NCBI GenBank assembly: GCA_026770705.1
Contig: JANJGN010000152.1
Span: forward strand, 124,001 to 188,000
Reading direction: 5' to 3'
DNA: 64,000 bases
Origin: Isurus oxyrinchus
Taxonomy: Eukaryota
This document shows, in pieces, positions 11,240 to 24,212 of this stretch. The notes beneath the pieces are model-generated. The model saw only the letters and a list, made by a program, of their open reading frames with translations, ran no database searches and was not told where the DNA came from. The translations under genes and the position numbers were made by a program. The first letter of the stretch is position 1. Every line of letters begins with the position of its first letter.

Positions 11240-12010
11240 GGGAATGCTTAAGAGGGCAGAATTGGAATAACACAGAGATCTTGGAGGATTGTGGAGCTCA
11301 AGGAGATGATAGAGATCGGGCGGGGCGCGGCCATGGGGAGAGAGATTTGAAATCAAGGATGAGAATTTTAAAATCAGTATGTTGCTCGGGTAGGAACTAA
11401 TGTAGGTCAGGGAGCATAGGCTCTATTAACGAAACAGGACTTGTTGATAGTCAAGTCACTGACGGCCGATGTTTTAATGAGACCAAGTTTACCGAGAATG
11501 GAATGTTGGAGACCAGGCAGGAACATCTTGCAGTTGCTGAGTCGAGAAGTAACCAAGTTATAGTTGGGGGTTTCACCAGCAGATGGGCTGAGACGGGGCA
11601 AAGTGCGGCGCCTATATGGAGGTGGAAAAAGGCTGTCTCAGAAATGGCACAAAGATGAAGTTGGAAACTCAGCTCAGGATTAAATGTGACAGCAAAGTTG
11701 CAAATAAACTGGCTTAATATCAGAACGTTGCCATGGAGAAGGATGGCGTCGTTAACTAGGAAATGGAGATTGAATCGGGGACTGAAAACAGTGGCTTCAG
11801 TCTTCCCAACATTTGTTTGGAGAAATTTCTGCTCGTCGGGACTGGAAGTTGGATAAGCATTGTGATAATTTAGCAGCAGGGAAGAGGTCGACAGTGTTGG
11901 CGGTGGTGAGGAAGAGTTTCGTGTTGTCAGCGTACATGTAAAAACTGAGGTTGTATTTTCAGATGACTCCGCCAAGGGGCAGCATGTAGATTCGAAATAG
12001 AAGGGCACTA
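11240..12010 (-). mobile_element. L2-like LINE RT C-terminal fragment
   Basis: ORF 11451-12074 LQTNVGKTEATVF...VTFNPELSFQLHLCAISETAFFHL matches the post-RT region of L2/CR1-group LINEs. Confidence 0.75.
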
Positions 12011-12199
12011 AGCAGAGAGGCAGAGAAAAAGCCAATACAAGTGATCTCTGGCAACTGTTTGAGTGATTATTCATCTCTTGATCTTAGATCTAAACTTACA
12101 TTTTACTGGATTGAATCTGTATCAACTTGCAATATATTTCAAGGGAAACTTTTGCCAGATGACGTGCTGTTTTAACTCCCTATGTTACTGATTTAATTC

Positions 12200-12660
12200 T
12201 CTTTCCTGGTATTCATGCTTTTATTTTAATCACTGTCTTCCGCATTGTCTCTTCCTCTGTTTCTCCCGCTGACTCTTCATTCGTTTCTTTACATTTATCA
12301 GATTCTATGTGTTCCTTCCTGTATCTTCGTCTAGTTCCCTCCTTGCTCTGTCGTTTCTCTCAATATCTCTCCCTCTTTTTAACTCGTTGTCTCTCCCACA
12401 TTTTCAATCTTCCTTCATTTCTGTTTTGTTCTTTCTCTGTCTCTGCCTCGGCCTATCTCCCTGTACTTCCGCCCCTTTACTCTCCTGCATGTCCCTCTAT
12501 TCTTGTTGTTCTCTCTGTTTTTCTCAATTTCTCTCATTCATTTCCTCCCTTTATCTCTGTTTCCCTTTCTGCCTCTCCCTCAGTGTTTCTCCCAGTATCT
12601 CTTTTTGTGTTGCTGTCTCCATCTCTCCATCTGTCATTTCCCCTATGTCGCTCCCTGTTT
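12200..12660. repeat. Polypyrimidine low-complexity tract
   Basis: CT-rich degenerate sequence; the overlapping ORFs are compositional artefacts. Confidence 0.8.
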
Positions 12661-12674
12661 CGTGAGCAATGGAT

Positions 12675-13030
12675 CTCTCAAAGTGCTTTACAGCGACTGA
12701 AGCAGTTTTGAACTGTAGTTGCTGTTGCCGTATAAGAAACTTTGTAGCCAGAATGCGCACAGCAAGATTCCACCAGCAGTAATGTGATAATGACCAACTA
12801 ATTTCTAATTGTGATGTTGAGTGAGGAATACACATTGTCCAGGAGATTGGGGATAATTTCCCTTCTTCAAAATGCTGCCAGGAGTTCAATTACATCCACC
12901 AGAAATGGCAGCTTGGATTTCAGTTTGAAGCTTCGCCCGAAAGATGGCATCTCAGATAGTGAAGCAATCTCTCAGTAATACACTGGATTTGCAGCATTGA
13001 CTTTGTACTCAAGTCCTGCCATGAGCATGA
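12675..13030 (-). mobile_element. Deu-domain-type SINE (AmnSINE1/SacSINE1-like)
   Basis: Reverse complement resembles cagtgcagtactgagggag...gtgccgtctttcggatgagacgttaaaccgagg; related copies at ~33790-33900 plus 34930-35160 and at 52420-52810. Family name from recall only. Confidence 0.6.
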
Positions 13031-13789
13031 CTTCCTTTAAAAACAAGTGTTAACCCTTTTGGTGCGTCGGTGGTTTGTGTTGCATTGAAAATATTTCCAT
13101 TGCATTTCATTGCCGGGAGATTAAACTGGATTAGGTGACCGTTCATGATATACCTTTGTAGCCAGTGCAATCTATGACACACGTATGCTGGGCTGCGCTG
13201 CAACAACAAGTCCCCAAATCACAGTGTAAAAGGTAAAACCTTCCCCACCCAAGGCCATATGCTGCTTCCTCGATTCGTTGCTTCTATTTGAATACAGGAA
13301 CATACCAGAGTCAGCAGAACTGATGTGCCCATTCCCCATCAGAAAATATATGCCCCTAATTTGTGTCTCCATTGGGTTTCGAACCAAATCAGTGCTGGTG
13401 AAAGGCCATTGTCTGTACCGTTGACCTAATCAATTCCCATCAAACGTCTCTATTACACTCAATCTAGGGTGAATTTGACTCCAGGCTCAATATTGTCCAA
13501 GGACAAGGGCCTGACTCGCCATGTCAACATTTTCTGCTTGTTCTCAGAGAGCACCATTGTTTGGTGTCAAGTAATAAGAAACAGGGCCACCAGAGGGCGT
13601 GCCAGTGAGACGAAAATCTCATCATTGGATTTCCCCTTCCCTCGGTGAGTATGTAAGAGGCACTTGCCTTCATACCAAGCAGGAAATAATATAATCGATT
13701 GCATATCAGAATTATTCCAGACTAAAGCGATTTTCCTGTAATATTCCAATTCCACCCGGCCCAAAATCCAGTGCTTTTAAAGGTGAATC

Positions 13790-14585
13790 CAGTTAAGTTT
13801 CTGGTTAAAGGCAATCGCCAGGAGATCGATGGTGGCGGATTCAGAGATGAGAAGACTGTTGTCCCGGAATGGTAGACTTTTAGAATCTCTCTTCTCCGGA
13901 ATGATGATTGCCTGACACTTTGGTGACGCGAATGGTATTTGCCACATACCAACGAATGTTTCCCAGGTCTTGCTGCATACCGAACTGACTGCTTCAGTTT
14001 CTGAGAAATCTCGAAAATTTTAGAACATTGTCGAATCATCAGCGGCCATCCCCATTTCGAACCCCATGAAGGAGGGAAGGTCATGACTGGAGGAATGGAA
14101 TGTACTTGGGCCTCGGGCGCCACTTTGAGGAAATCCTGCACTCAAGTCCCGGGACTGACATAATTTATCACCAACAATCACAACTATCTTCCTCTGAGTC
14201 GGGTATGACTTGAACCAGTGAAGGGTTTTCTCCATGCTTCCCACCGATTTCCAGTTTGCTCTATGATGCCAAAATAAAATTTTACTATAATGTCAAGGAA
14301 AGTCGCTCTCACCTCACCTCTGGAGATGAGCTCTTTTGTCTTTGTGTGGACTAAGCTAGTGAGATGTGGAAACAAGTGGCGCTGACAGATCCCAAACAGA
14401 GCATTAATGAGCAGGTTATTGTAAAGTGAGTGCCGGATGGTCGCACTGTCGACGACACTTTCTATTATTTTCCTGATGATTTTGAAGACTGGTGAGGCAG
14501 TAATTGACTGGATCGAATTTTCCTGTTTCTATTTGTGGACCGGATGTATCCTGCAGTTTTCCGCATTTCTGGATAGTAGACAGCA
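13790..14585 (-). mobile_element. CR1/L2-group LINE RT fragment
   Basis: Frameshifted RT motifs (LHWFKSY...GFPQS...ADDSTMF); same family as 33909-34915. Confidence 0.75.
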
Positions 14586-14599
14586 TGTTATCTAATAAA

Positions 14600-15505
14600 T
14601 TATAGGAACAGAAACCGGCCACTTCGCTCTTCTAGACCGTTCCCACATGCCAGACATCAATCGGAACTCCACCACCATGCCCCCGCCTCATATTCCTTAA
14701 TTTCCTTTGTACCCAAACATCTATCGACATCTGTGTTGAACGTGCTTAACGACTGAGTATGCAGAGCTCTCTGAAGTGGAGGATTCCAAACATTCGTAAC
14801 CATTTGAGTGACGTAATCCCCCTCATCATTGTCCACCTGTTATTCTGAGACTGGGAGCACGCGTTCTAAATTCTGCAGCCAGGGGAAGCTTTTTCCCTGC
14901 AACTGTCCCGATATGCGCCTTAAGGGCTTTATGTTTCAATTAGATCACTCCTCATTCTTTTGGACTCTCTGAAATAAAGGCCTCGCCTACTCAACTTGTC
15001 CTCACTGGTCAACACCCTCATCCCAGGAACCAGTTTAGGGAACAAAAGCTAAAAGTGCTGGAAAAATCCAGCAGGTCTGACAGCATTTGTGGAGAGAAAG
15101 GCAGAATTAACGTTTCAAGTCCATATGACTCTTTTTCAGAGCCTTTACCAGTTTAAGGAATATTCGTTGTGTTCTATCTCAGGAAAGTGTACCATTGTAT
15201 TTTTAAGGGGAAGAAAACTGCAAAGATTACTCAAGATATGCAATGAATAGAGGTTTCAGAAACATAGGGAGAAAACAAAGGGAAGGATCAACTAAAAAAA
15301 TTTGGGGATTGTAAGCAATTGTATGATAGGATGACCAGGTCAATGTCCCTGTGCAGGAGTAGCAGACCCCTTCTGAAGAAGGATCACATGGACACACAAC
15401 GTTAACTCTGTTTCTCTCCTCACAGATGCTGCCAGATCTGCTGAGTTTTTCCAGCATTTCCTGTTTTGTGTCAGATTTGCAGCAGCCGCGGTATTTTGCT
15501 TTTAT
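14600..15505. mobile_element. Degenerate CR1 3' fragment with two nested Penelope-type terminal-repeat fragments (15044-15145 minus, 15380-15505 plus)
   Basis: gctggaaaaatccagcaggtctgacagc...aacgtttcaagtcc and its reverse complement, matching the 7781 repeat. Confidence 0.65.
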
Positions 15506-15886
15506 TTGATGATAGTAACAGACCAGTATTTGTCTGTATTCTATAGGCAACTGGGATTCCCCAGGCAGCAGTCCATGCATTCCGATTTCAGCGTCAGACG
15601 CCTCATGCCTGCCCAGGAAGAAACCATTCGGGACACTGTCACGTGGCAGAAGTCAAGCCATGTCCCTCCCTCTACCCTGAGCTTGGACACATATAATTCC
15701 CCATGGTCTCCGCCACACCGGGTCAGGCGAGACTGAGGAACAGAAAGATTTTACTTGATGGGTGATGGATTGTGGACAGGGTAGGCGTGAAATTGCTGTG
15801 ATAAGCTCGTGCTATATCAGGGGCAAATCAGTTTCACAGAACTGGAGAGAGCTTGATACATTTTTGTCCCTTTGAAAGGGTAGACG

Positions 15887-16270
15887 ATGGCGATGGTGTA
15901 GTGGCATTGTCGCTAGGCATGTAACACAGGGACCAGGGTAATTATCAGGTGACCCGGGTTTGAAACACGGCACAGAAGTTTGAATTTGAATTCAATAAAA
16001 ATCTTAAATCTCGAAATCTGATGTTGATTTTTGTAAAAACCCACCTGGTTCACTAATGTCCTTTCTGACCTTTACATGTGATTCCAAACCCACAGCAATG
16101 CGGTTGACTCTAAGTGGCTGAACAAGCCCCTCAGTTGTCTCAAACCGCTACAAAACTGAACAGCACTGTGGGTGTAACTACACCACATGGAGTGCACCGG
16201 TTCAAGGAGGCAACTCACCACCGCTATCTCAAGGGCAATGAATGCTGGCCCAGCCAGCGAAGCCCATATC
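15887..16270 (+). mobile_element. tRNA-derived SINE with LINE-derived 3' tail
   Basis: A-box-like TGGTGTAGTGG, B-box-like GGGTTTGAAAC, core ggttcactaatgtcctt...cccacagcaatg, tail aagggcaat...gctggcccagccagcg. Confidence 0.75.
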
Positions 16271-17110
16271 CAGGTTTTGCCTCACTGCAAAATTGTACAG
16301 CTTGGAGAGCGGAATATAAACCTATAAATATGCTCTACTAAGCAATAACAGAAAGAGAGAGAGAGCCTATTGTGATGGAAGTAAAAGCCCGGCGCCGTCT
16401 AATCCATGCACATGTTACTTTAGTGCACTGATATCTGAGGGAAGGTCAGTGTCCTGATATCAGAGACCAAGTCTTTTGAACATTGAGGATTATTTTATCA
16501 AATTAATGTAATAATTAGAATCTTCTCCACCTGCTGTGCGTCTGTCTACACTTCAGATTGATATACTTTTCTGTTTGCCATGAGCTGTCTCTGAATCAGT
16601 GGTAAACCAGCAGGGCTAGTTCCAGTAAAGTGGCAGGAATTTGTTTTGTTAATGGGAATGATAAATCGTTGTCCAAGCCGGGGGTCTTCTCCCTAGCACC
16701 GGGAGGGCTGAGGGACAACCAGGTAGAGGTCTTTAATAATGTTGAACCTGTTTCATATGCAAGTCGTTCAGAGGATTTTTTTCACCTCTGAGTGATGTAA
16801 AAACGATAAATATAAAGAAGGGAACTGATGAGAAACTGAACTACCCAGAGAGTTTTTGTGATCTACAAATCAATTTCACAAGGAGCGATTAGGTGAATAA
16901 TCTCGATTGATTTAAAGAGAAGCTAATTGACCTCAAAGACAGATTGCTCTCTAACTGATCTGAGAGACAGAAGTCTGAAATTTGGGGTCTCTGCCCTGGA
17001 CCAATGGGAAATGCCCTGTGGGGCTGTTCTGTATGGGTAGCCGCCCTATTCGAACTTTCGAGAGGGCGGATGGAGCAGCCACACATTGCTTTAGTGAGTA
17101 ACTGTGCTGC

Positions 17111-17589
17111 TGTTTTTGTACGGGGCAGGCACGCAGCTGTGCAGTTGTGTATCTCAGAGCACAGTGATACAGAGCCCCATCTGGCAGCTCCGCCCAAGAT
17201 ATTCTCAGCCAAACGGCGCTCTCTGCCCAGCCCTGATAGCAAACACTCCAGGCGAAGTTGGCTGGGACGGTGCCTTATGGACTAATATCCAAGAAGTTCG
17301 CCGGTGCATGCCCGGGAATCTGCCGGTACCACTTAAGGTAAAGGGTTGTATCTATTGTTGGAAAACTGCAATTCAGCATCACTGATTCTCCTTCCCACAC
17401 CGTTCTGATCGAATTGTCTAGATGCACAAAATCGGCGCCAACGCCGTGGGGGCTGCAAGATAAGTTGGGCAATTGAAAATAGCCGTCTCATTAGGTGCAC
17501 CAATTAGTGATATCCATACTTGGATACCACATGAACTTACACAGCACAGATAGGGCCAAAGCCAGGCTGAAATAAACAGCAAAACTCAT
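17111..17589 (-). pseudogene. TCR alpha-like V pseudogene
   Basis: Leader 17541-17589 MSFAVYFSLALALSVL|GTAAGT. Exon 17150-17452 EGESVMLNC...KWYRQIPG...stop...DGALYHCALR. RSS CACAACT, 23 bp, ACAAAAACA. Confidence 0.9.
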
Positions 17590-18904
17590 CGCTGGCGGCG
17601 GGTCACAATGTCAGAATGCAGACCTTCTCCCCGGGCACAAACTGTCACCAGCAACAGGCTGGTATATTTTCAATTCACTAGTCTTTCGTAGGACGTGGGC
17701 GTCACTGGCTCGGTCAGCATTTTACGTCCATCCCTAATTACCCCTGAGAAGCTGGTGGTGAGCTGTCTTCTTGACCGTCCTGCAAGTCCCTGTGCTGTAA
17801 CACTAAACCTGTGACAGAGATAGAAAGGGATGTGATTCTACAGCCATATTATGTCCGGTTTTGACTGTGCCACATCATCAGGGAGCAGGCAGAATTGTGC
17901 GCTGCAACAACAGAATTGTTCTAAGGATGAGGCCCCACGTCAGTATTTCGAGATGCATTGTAAACGATTTCTTCCCCAATCCCCACCCCACCTCACCTCC
18001 CCCAACTCACCCCACCAGAAATGTAATCACAAAGGACGCATTTGACGTTAGCTTAGTGGGGCCCAGATAAAATTTTCCGGGAAAGAATTAGGATTGGCTG
18101 TACTCAGTGATTTGACAAATTCACCCTCCCCTTTGATGATTCAACTAATTCTTCTATCAGTGATGTTACAAGGGACTGAGCCTCAGGCGAAATCAAAGAG
18201 GGTTATGTAGGTGAAGCGGATCTTGGTGGACTTTAACACAGTTTGCTGTCAACATGTCGAAATCTTCCATTTGGAGGAAATCAATGGGAACTGACTGGAA
18301 GGCTTGAGAAGAATGAAAGGGTGCGCTCAGCAGATGGCCTCAACTATTCTTGGATGAGAGGCTTATTAAATATTGACGAGGCATTGACATTAGTCGTGCT
18401 TTGATATGGTAAAATATAGCACGGCTTCAAATGAATGCCTCTGGTTTCGAAATTGTTGATTTATTGCCATTCTTCCAGGACTAAAATGGGACATTCACTA
18501 AATTATCTTGTCAATCCACAACTCGGCTGACATCTTCATAACGAGTGAATAAAGCCTCTGCCTGCCCTCTGGTGGCGACTCCGTGTAACTACAATAGCGC
18601 TCGCTCGTCCACAGAACGAATCATTCCGCTCCCAAACGAACAATAACCAAACCCATTCCTGAGCCGAGAGCCGCAGCGCATTTCTCGCGGACAGACGGAG
18701 CTCACAGAGCCTGAGCTCTGCATGCACGGCTTGGAGAGTTTTGGGAAAGGAGGGATGAAATGAAGAGATGCAAAAAATCCATTTTTTCCCGAGACTATTT
18801 ATTTAAATATCACGCCGTGCATTTGTTCGACCACCTGGTTGTTTTCCGCTCTATGAACACATCACAGATCAGATTCAGCGAGAGGAGGTGAGAGTCCGTT
18901 GCTG

Positions 18905-19468
18905 GTTTTTTGCACGGGCTGTCTGTGCTTGCGGACCAGTGTGGGGCCCAGCGCCCAGTGATCGGCGGCAGAGTCACAAAGCCAAGCCGCAGCGAGTTTT
19001 AAAGGCACCGTTTTCTCCTCTTGATTCAAGTCAGCAGTAAGCCTATCTGAGAAATCGGGAGACCGACCTCCGGATTCCGAGCTATATCTCTTCAGTAAAT
19101 ATTTCGGAGCTTCTCCGGGATGCTGGATGTAAAAGAAGAGAGTGGAGACACCGTGCGTGTCGAAAAATTGCAGTTTACTCTGATCGTGTGTCTGTCCTTG
19201 CTGCACCGGTAACTCAGGGTGACCTTGGGAAACCGAATCTTTTCCATTCGTCCCTGTAACAAGAAAACAGGAGGGGAGAAATGTCCAGGAGTAAATGTAA
19301 TGCATCTAGCACAAACTGTTTATTTCAATATAGGTGCGGTCATTATTATCAGAATTAAACAAAGGGAACAACATGATGACGGCTTTAAACTTCCAAACAG
19401 AATAAGAGAAGGATTTCAACATGCTGACCCTGCAAGTAAACACGGCTCAGAGGCAGGCTTCGCTTCAT
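18905..19468 (-). pseudogene. TCR alpha/delta V pseudogene (open frame, both Cys and Trp lost)
   Basis: Exon 18944-19253 KDSVSQ...FFYIQHPGEAPKYLLKR...DSAADHWAL; shortened leader from ATG 19468. RSS CACACTG, 23 bp, GCAAAAAAC. Confidence 0.85.
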
Positions 19469-20248
19469 GAGAGATAGGGAGGCGTTTTCCATGGACATGA
19501 TTGGCTTTTTCCTGAGTCTAACTTCAGATGAACACAAATCATGTTACTTTTTACTTAATTCATGGGATTTGAGCTTTGCTGGCTGGGCCAGCATTTATTG
19601 CCTATCCATAATTGCCCTTGAGAAGGTTGTTGGGAGCTGCTTTCTTGAACCGCTGCCGTCCATGTAGTGTGCGTACACCCACAGTGCTTTTAGGAAGGTA
19701 GTGCCAGGGTTTTGAAGCAGTGATAGTGTAGGAACTGGCACAGAAATTACTTGCGTTGCCCTGCGAACTCTTTCCTGCACTGTTTTCCCCCTCTGCCCCT
19801 GTCCCGCTCGCTTGTTCTATATCACCCTGCCTCCTTTTTTTTTGTTATGCTTGTCTTCATGTCAAACTCAGTTTCTCCATTGATGAACAGATTGATCGAC
19901 CCATGATAAACCTGAAAATTGAAGAGATTCCACTTAGTCTCTCATCTGATATGAAAGAAATTTCTCCGTCTATGAACACCATTAGTAGTTACAGTCATAA
20001 CACCACCAAGAATATCATAAGTGAACGCTTCCTTCTAACTGGAATACTGATACACTGAGGTTAAGACACATTGCGCTGATTCCAGGTGTCAATATGTTTT
20101 TACTTGCGTCAGCAACCACCTCAGATTCTTTGGGTCTCACAGCACCATTGGGGAGGAAAGGAGGTGACGGGGGAGCGCCTGAGACACTGAGAGCAGATGG
20201 TTGAGTATTAGACCGGGTGACCTTCCTTTTACAGAGCGAACGGAGAGT

Positions 20249-20708
20249 ATGTGGTTACTCAGCATCTGAGTTGTGTGGGCAACATTTCTGACAAGTAATT
20301 ACTGACTCAACACATTCTAATTACAGGGACAGTCGCAACGTGGATAATAGCACTGAGTCATAATGCTCATTGTGTGAGCCAGTGCGGACACGATGGGCCG
20401 AATAGCCGCTGCCGACAACCGCTTCTTAACAACTTCTACAGCCGCTGCCCATTCGTGTCTAGACAGGAGGAGAAGGGGTAACTTTAAACTGTACCAGGAT
20501 GCTGCATGGACAGTCTGGGCATTATTCCGGTAGTGGAATGAGCCAGACACGCAGTCAGACTTCATCCAGTGGAGGGTTTCTTAGGGTGACGATTGCCAAA
20601 CAGATTCTGTTAATGCATTTCTCTGCCGAGATTCAGGCAGCAGCTGAATCCACCATCCTAACCATCGCCAGTCTGTCGCTGACTAACACTGCCTTGTCTT
20701 CCAGCTCT
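20249..20708 (+). pseudogene. Family-A V pseudogene truncated by CR1
   Basis: Leader 20249-20294 with TGA; GEGVTLNC...FSAEIQAAAESTILTIASLSLTNTA; RSS replaced by LINE sequence. Confidence 0.8.
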
Positions 20709-21193
20709 CACCCTTTAAATCTGTGCCCTCTCGTCTTTGACCATTTTACGATTGGGGACAGTTTCTCTCTATCTACTCTGTCCAGCCCCCTCATCGTTTT
20801 GAACACCTCTGTTAAAACTCCTCTTAGCCTTCTCCTCTCCAAGGAGAACTGTCCCAATCTCTTCAATCTGTCTTTATGGCTAACGTTTCTCATCACTGGA
20901 ACCATCCTTGTACACCTGTTCTGCACTGTCTCCAAAGCGATCACATTCTTCACATAATGCGGTGTCCAGAACTGTACCCAATACTCCAGCTGATGTCTTA
21001 TATAAGCTCATCAATCCTCCTTGCTCTTATTAATAAAGTCCAGGATACTGTCTACTTTGTTAACAGCTCTCTCTACCTGTCCTTCCACCTTCAATAATCT
21101 ATGCGCATTTACAGCCAGGTCCCTCTGCTCCTGCACGCCCTTTAAAATGGTATCCTTTATTTTATATTGTCTTTCCATGTTTCTGTTAACAAA
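20709..21193 (-). mobile_element. CR1 3' fragment
   Basis: ORF 20708-20953 LETVQNRCTRMVP...RLGQFSLERRRLRG...RGHRFK. Confidence 0.88.
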
Positions 21194-21320
21194 ATGCAGG
21201 GGCCAATGGCTTCATTCTGTGTTGCAACGGTACTGGGATTCTGTGAATGTATCGGGATCGCTCACCATTAATACCGGGACTATCATCTCATAGCCTGAAT
21301 CAACATCATCATCGTTTTAC
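21194..21320 (+). pseudogene. Orphan leader exon (paralogue of the 33175 V; V exon missing)
   Basis: MQGPMASFCVATVLGFC with no GT donor; aligns with 33175-33290. Confidence 0.5.
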
Positions 21321-24212
21321 CTGTAATGACATTTGGGCAGAGGGAAATGCACTTTTGCTGGGAAGGGAGTGAGTGTTTATTACTGGGAGATGATATATTG
21401 ATGAGAAGAGATGCCATACGGTTCCTTATGATGCAGTCAGTGACAGCGGCACAGGGAATGCTCTGTGGGAAGCAAGAATACAGATCACCGCCATACTACC
21501 CTGCTCCTCAAAACAGAACCAAAGAAGGAAGGCGTGCGGAAATTTCCAAAATAATAAATGGGAAGTGATGCTGGCCCGAAGGAGAGAAGCAACGGGGATA
21601 CCGCGGGAACAGTGAGCATACGAACGCTCAGTCTGTAAGGAACTGAATTCAGTAATAATGCATCTTTTGAATACAGTATAAGTCGGCATGTTTGCAAATG
21701 TCATTTTACTTTCCTATTGACTGCCTGACGGAGCAAGCAGGACAGCGACAGGAATTTAAGAATTATTATATTATTCAACTGCATCAATGGGTTGTGTTGA
21801 AAACAAGGGTTGAAGTCAGCTTTGGGACTTAGAAAAACTCTGCACAGCTTACTTACACAGAGCTCACATGTGACATTATGCAAATTTGGGAACGTAAGGG
21901 CGTAGTGGTGAGTTCAAAACAATTTCGCCATAATTGATATTGAGCAAGTTTCAGTCTATGGAGGTGGATGCGCGGGTCGCGAATGTGGGAAACAGTGATC
22001 TCTCACTGCCAGCTGGTGGGCGGCTTTAAAATACATTTTTTGACCTGATCTCTCAGAACGCGGTTATCTCGGAGTAATTTTATGCGACACCCTCCGCGTG
22101 TTATATCGTCTGTGAGTAGAGCTTTTTTAATGGGAATCTCCGGCATTGAGAATGGAATAATATTAAATGCTTCTCTTCGCTTTCCCCACCTCAGACTGCC
22201 CCTTTTCAAAGGTCAACATTGGCGTCACTGCTGTTCCCATTCCCAGCTGTGAACAGTAGCATTTCGCTCTGCCCCCCCCCCCCCCCCCCCCCCGCTCCCT
22301 GCACGGCTCTCATGAACCGGAGAACAACCAGGCTTGGCGCTGATTGGATGAATGATGGAACAACGGAACGGTCAATTGATCGGATGGCACCTGCTGTCTC
22401 GGCCAATCGGCATGTCACCCAACATGGTCCCAGCTCTGGACGGAAAGCCATTTAAATTTAATCCACACAGAGAAATGAATCATTGGAAACGTTGGAGTGA
22501 AAACAAAATGGATATCTTGACCCTGTGGAGCCTGTAGACCCCGATCATGTTATCCGGCATCAGTTAAATTGAAGAAACACTTAAGGTACTTTTGTAAATA
22601 CTGGGGTTGTCGCTGTAGGTTGCGCAGTTCACTAAGGCTCAAATCGCCGTGCAGAAGCTCCGAATTTCTAATCGCCATTTCATGGGATTATATCCTGTAA
22701 CATTCACCATCAGCATCGTCACAACGATGCACCGTATAAATGGGAAACTGAGAAAACCCATAGATACACTGTCTGTTTTCACCAGGATCCGCACGGTGTG
22801 CAAATTCTCATCATCTCCGCCAGAGGTCGCCATCGTCACCTGCTCCTCACTCCTCCCTCGGGAATCAAGCGAAGTTCTCCCAGGCTTGTGGAAAGCCAAA
22901 GATTATGAAACCTGTTTAGAACTCAGCTGGTGTTTGTCGGATTCCAAAAAAAAAGTGTTTTTGAACTCTGTCTATTTTAGCTGAAATTCGCCGTGAAAAT
23001 GCGCCCGATAACAGCGAATTTACTACACTGAAGGTTCCAAAGCAATTAAAATTGAATGCTCTAATATCATGTTAATGACACATTTTGAACCTAAATTCTG
23101 AAATATGGCATCATGAATGAATTCATATCCATGCGAACGTACGAATGAGGAGCAGGAGGAAGGCACTCGCCCCTCAAACTCCAATAAATTGGTCAAACTT
23201 CATTTCCCTTTCACAAAACCATGTGCACTGTGCCTGATTGCGATGAGTTTTCTAAGTGCCCAGCCATAACATCTTGGAGAAACGCGGTTGTAATCGGACG
23301 ACCATTTTCTCCCGTGTTACTAACAATGGTTTCATTCCCCATGTGATTTTCCTCAGCAGAGTCGAATGGCGCTTCCTGATCGTTTCAGGCAGACATTACA
23401 AATTTTAGCAGACAAAAGGGAGAGGAGCTTAGTTACCAGGCCGTGAAATTACCAACGGTGAGATGATGCCGGGAATATCTTATCTCAAAAGGGTTAAAAA
23501 AATATTTAAAATGAAGCTGAACATTTGCAGTTCATTTCACTCACTGTCACTAGCAGAGCGAGGCGATTGACACGGGGTGGAAGTTAATTATCATTATGTT
23601 GCGATTCACAAGAGGAAAATATTACTCCAGCCTCTGTGGAAAATTTCTCTGAAATTCGTTCTGGCCTCACGAACTGACTATCTTGTAAGAATTAAGTTCA
23701 AGAGGAAATCCATAACGCAGTATTTAGATTTCAGAGCAAACGTGAATTTTATGGGAGAATTAGGTTAAAATTCCCGATCAACCGTCACACAGCAGCATCA
23801 AATACACGCATATTCAGGAAAATGTCAGAATCGACGCAGTTGACTATAATAGTACAATTAAGCAATGCTGAAGATGTTCTCACAACGAAGGCTGTACTCA
23901 GTGAGTGACTGTTGCTCCTCTCGGATACTTTATGCTGTGACTGTCACAATCTCTGATCATAGCCGCTAACTGAAGAGTTTTATAAAGCTAGCTGCAGCCC
24001 GGCTGTCTTTTCCCCGTAAACCTGCACATTGCTTCCCTTTAAATAAACACACAATGTCGTCTTCATTGCCCCAATCGAACCTGCCCCCACCGCACTTCCA
24101 GGCTGTGAACCCTAAACAGCCTCCGTTTGCTGCTCTCGTTCTGAACCGTCTTGCTTGCCCTTTGTTATTGGAGTAGTCGCTGCTGCTCTTCCGGGATTGT
24201 AAACAGGAGGGA

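Noticed and set aside
12307-12711. Hydrophobic membrane-protein ORFs
   Set aside because: Artefact of a CT-rich low-complexity tract.
15887-15975. tRNA gene
   Set aside because: A and B boxes belong to a SINE head; no cloverleaf.
21866-21915. J-like TTTGGGAAC...GTGAGT with an octamer ATGCAAAT
   Set aside because: In-frame stop, too short, and no 12-RSS nonamer.
22500-22765. Possible minus-strand leader and V relic (MGFLSFPFIRCIVVTMLMV...VNC...LTDAG, CACAGGG)
   Set aside because: No WYRQ, no nonamer and no splice sites; not distinguishable from chance by eye.
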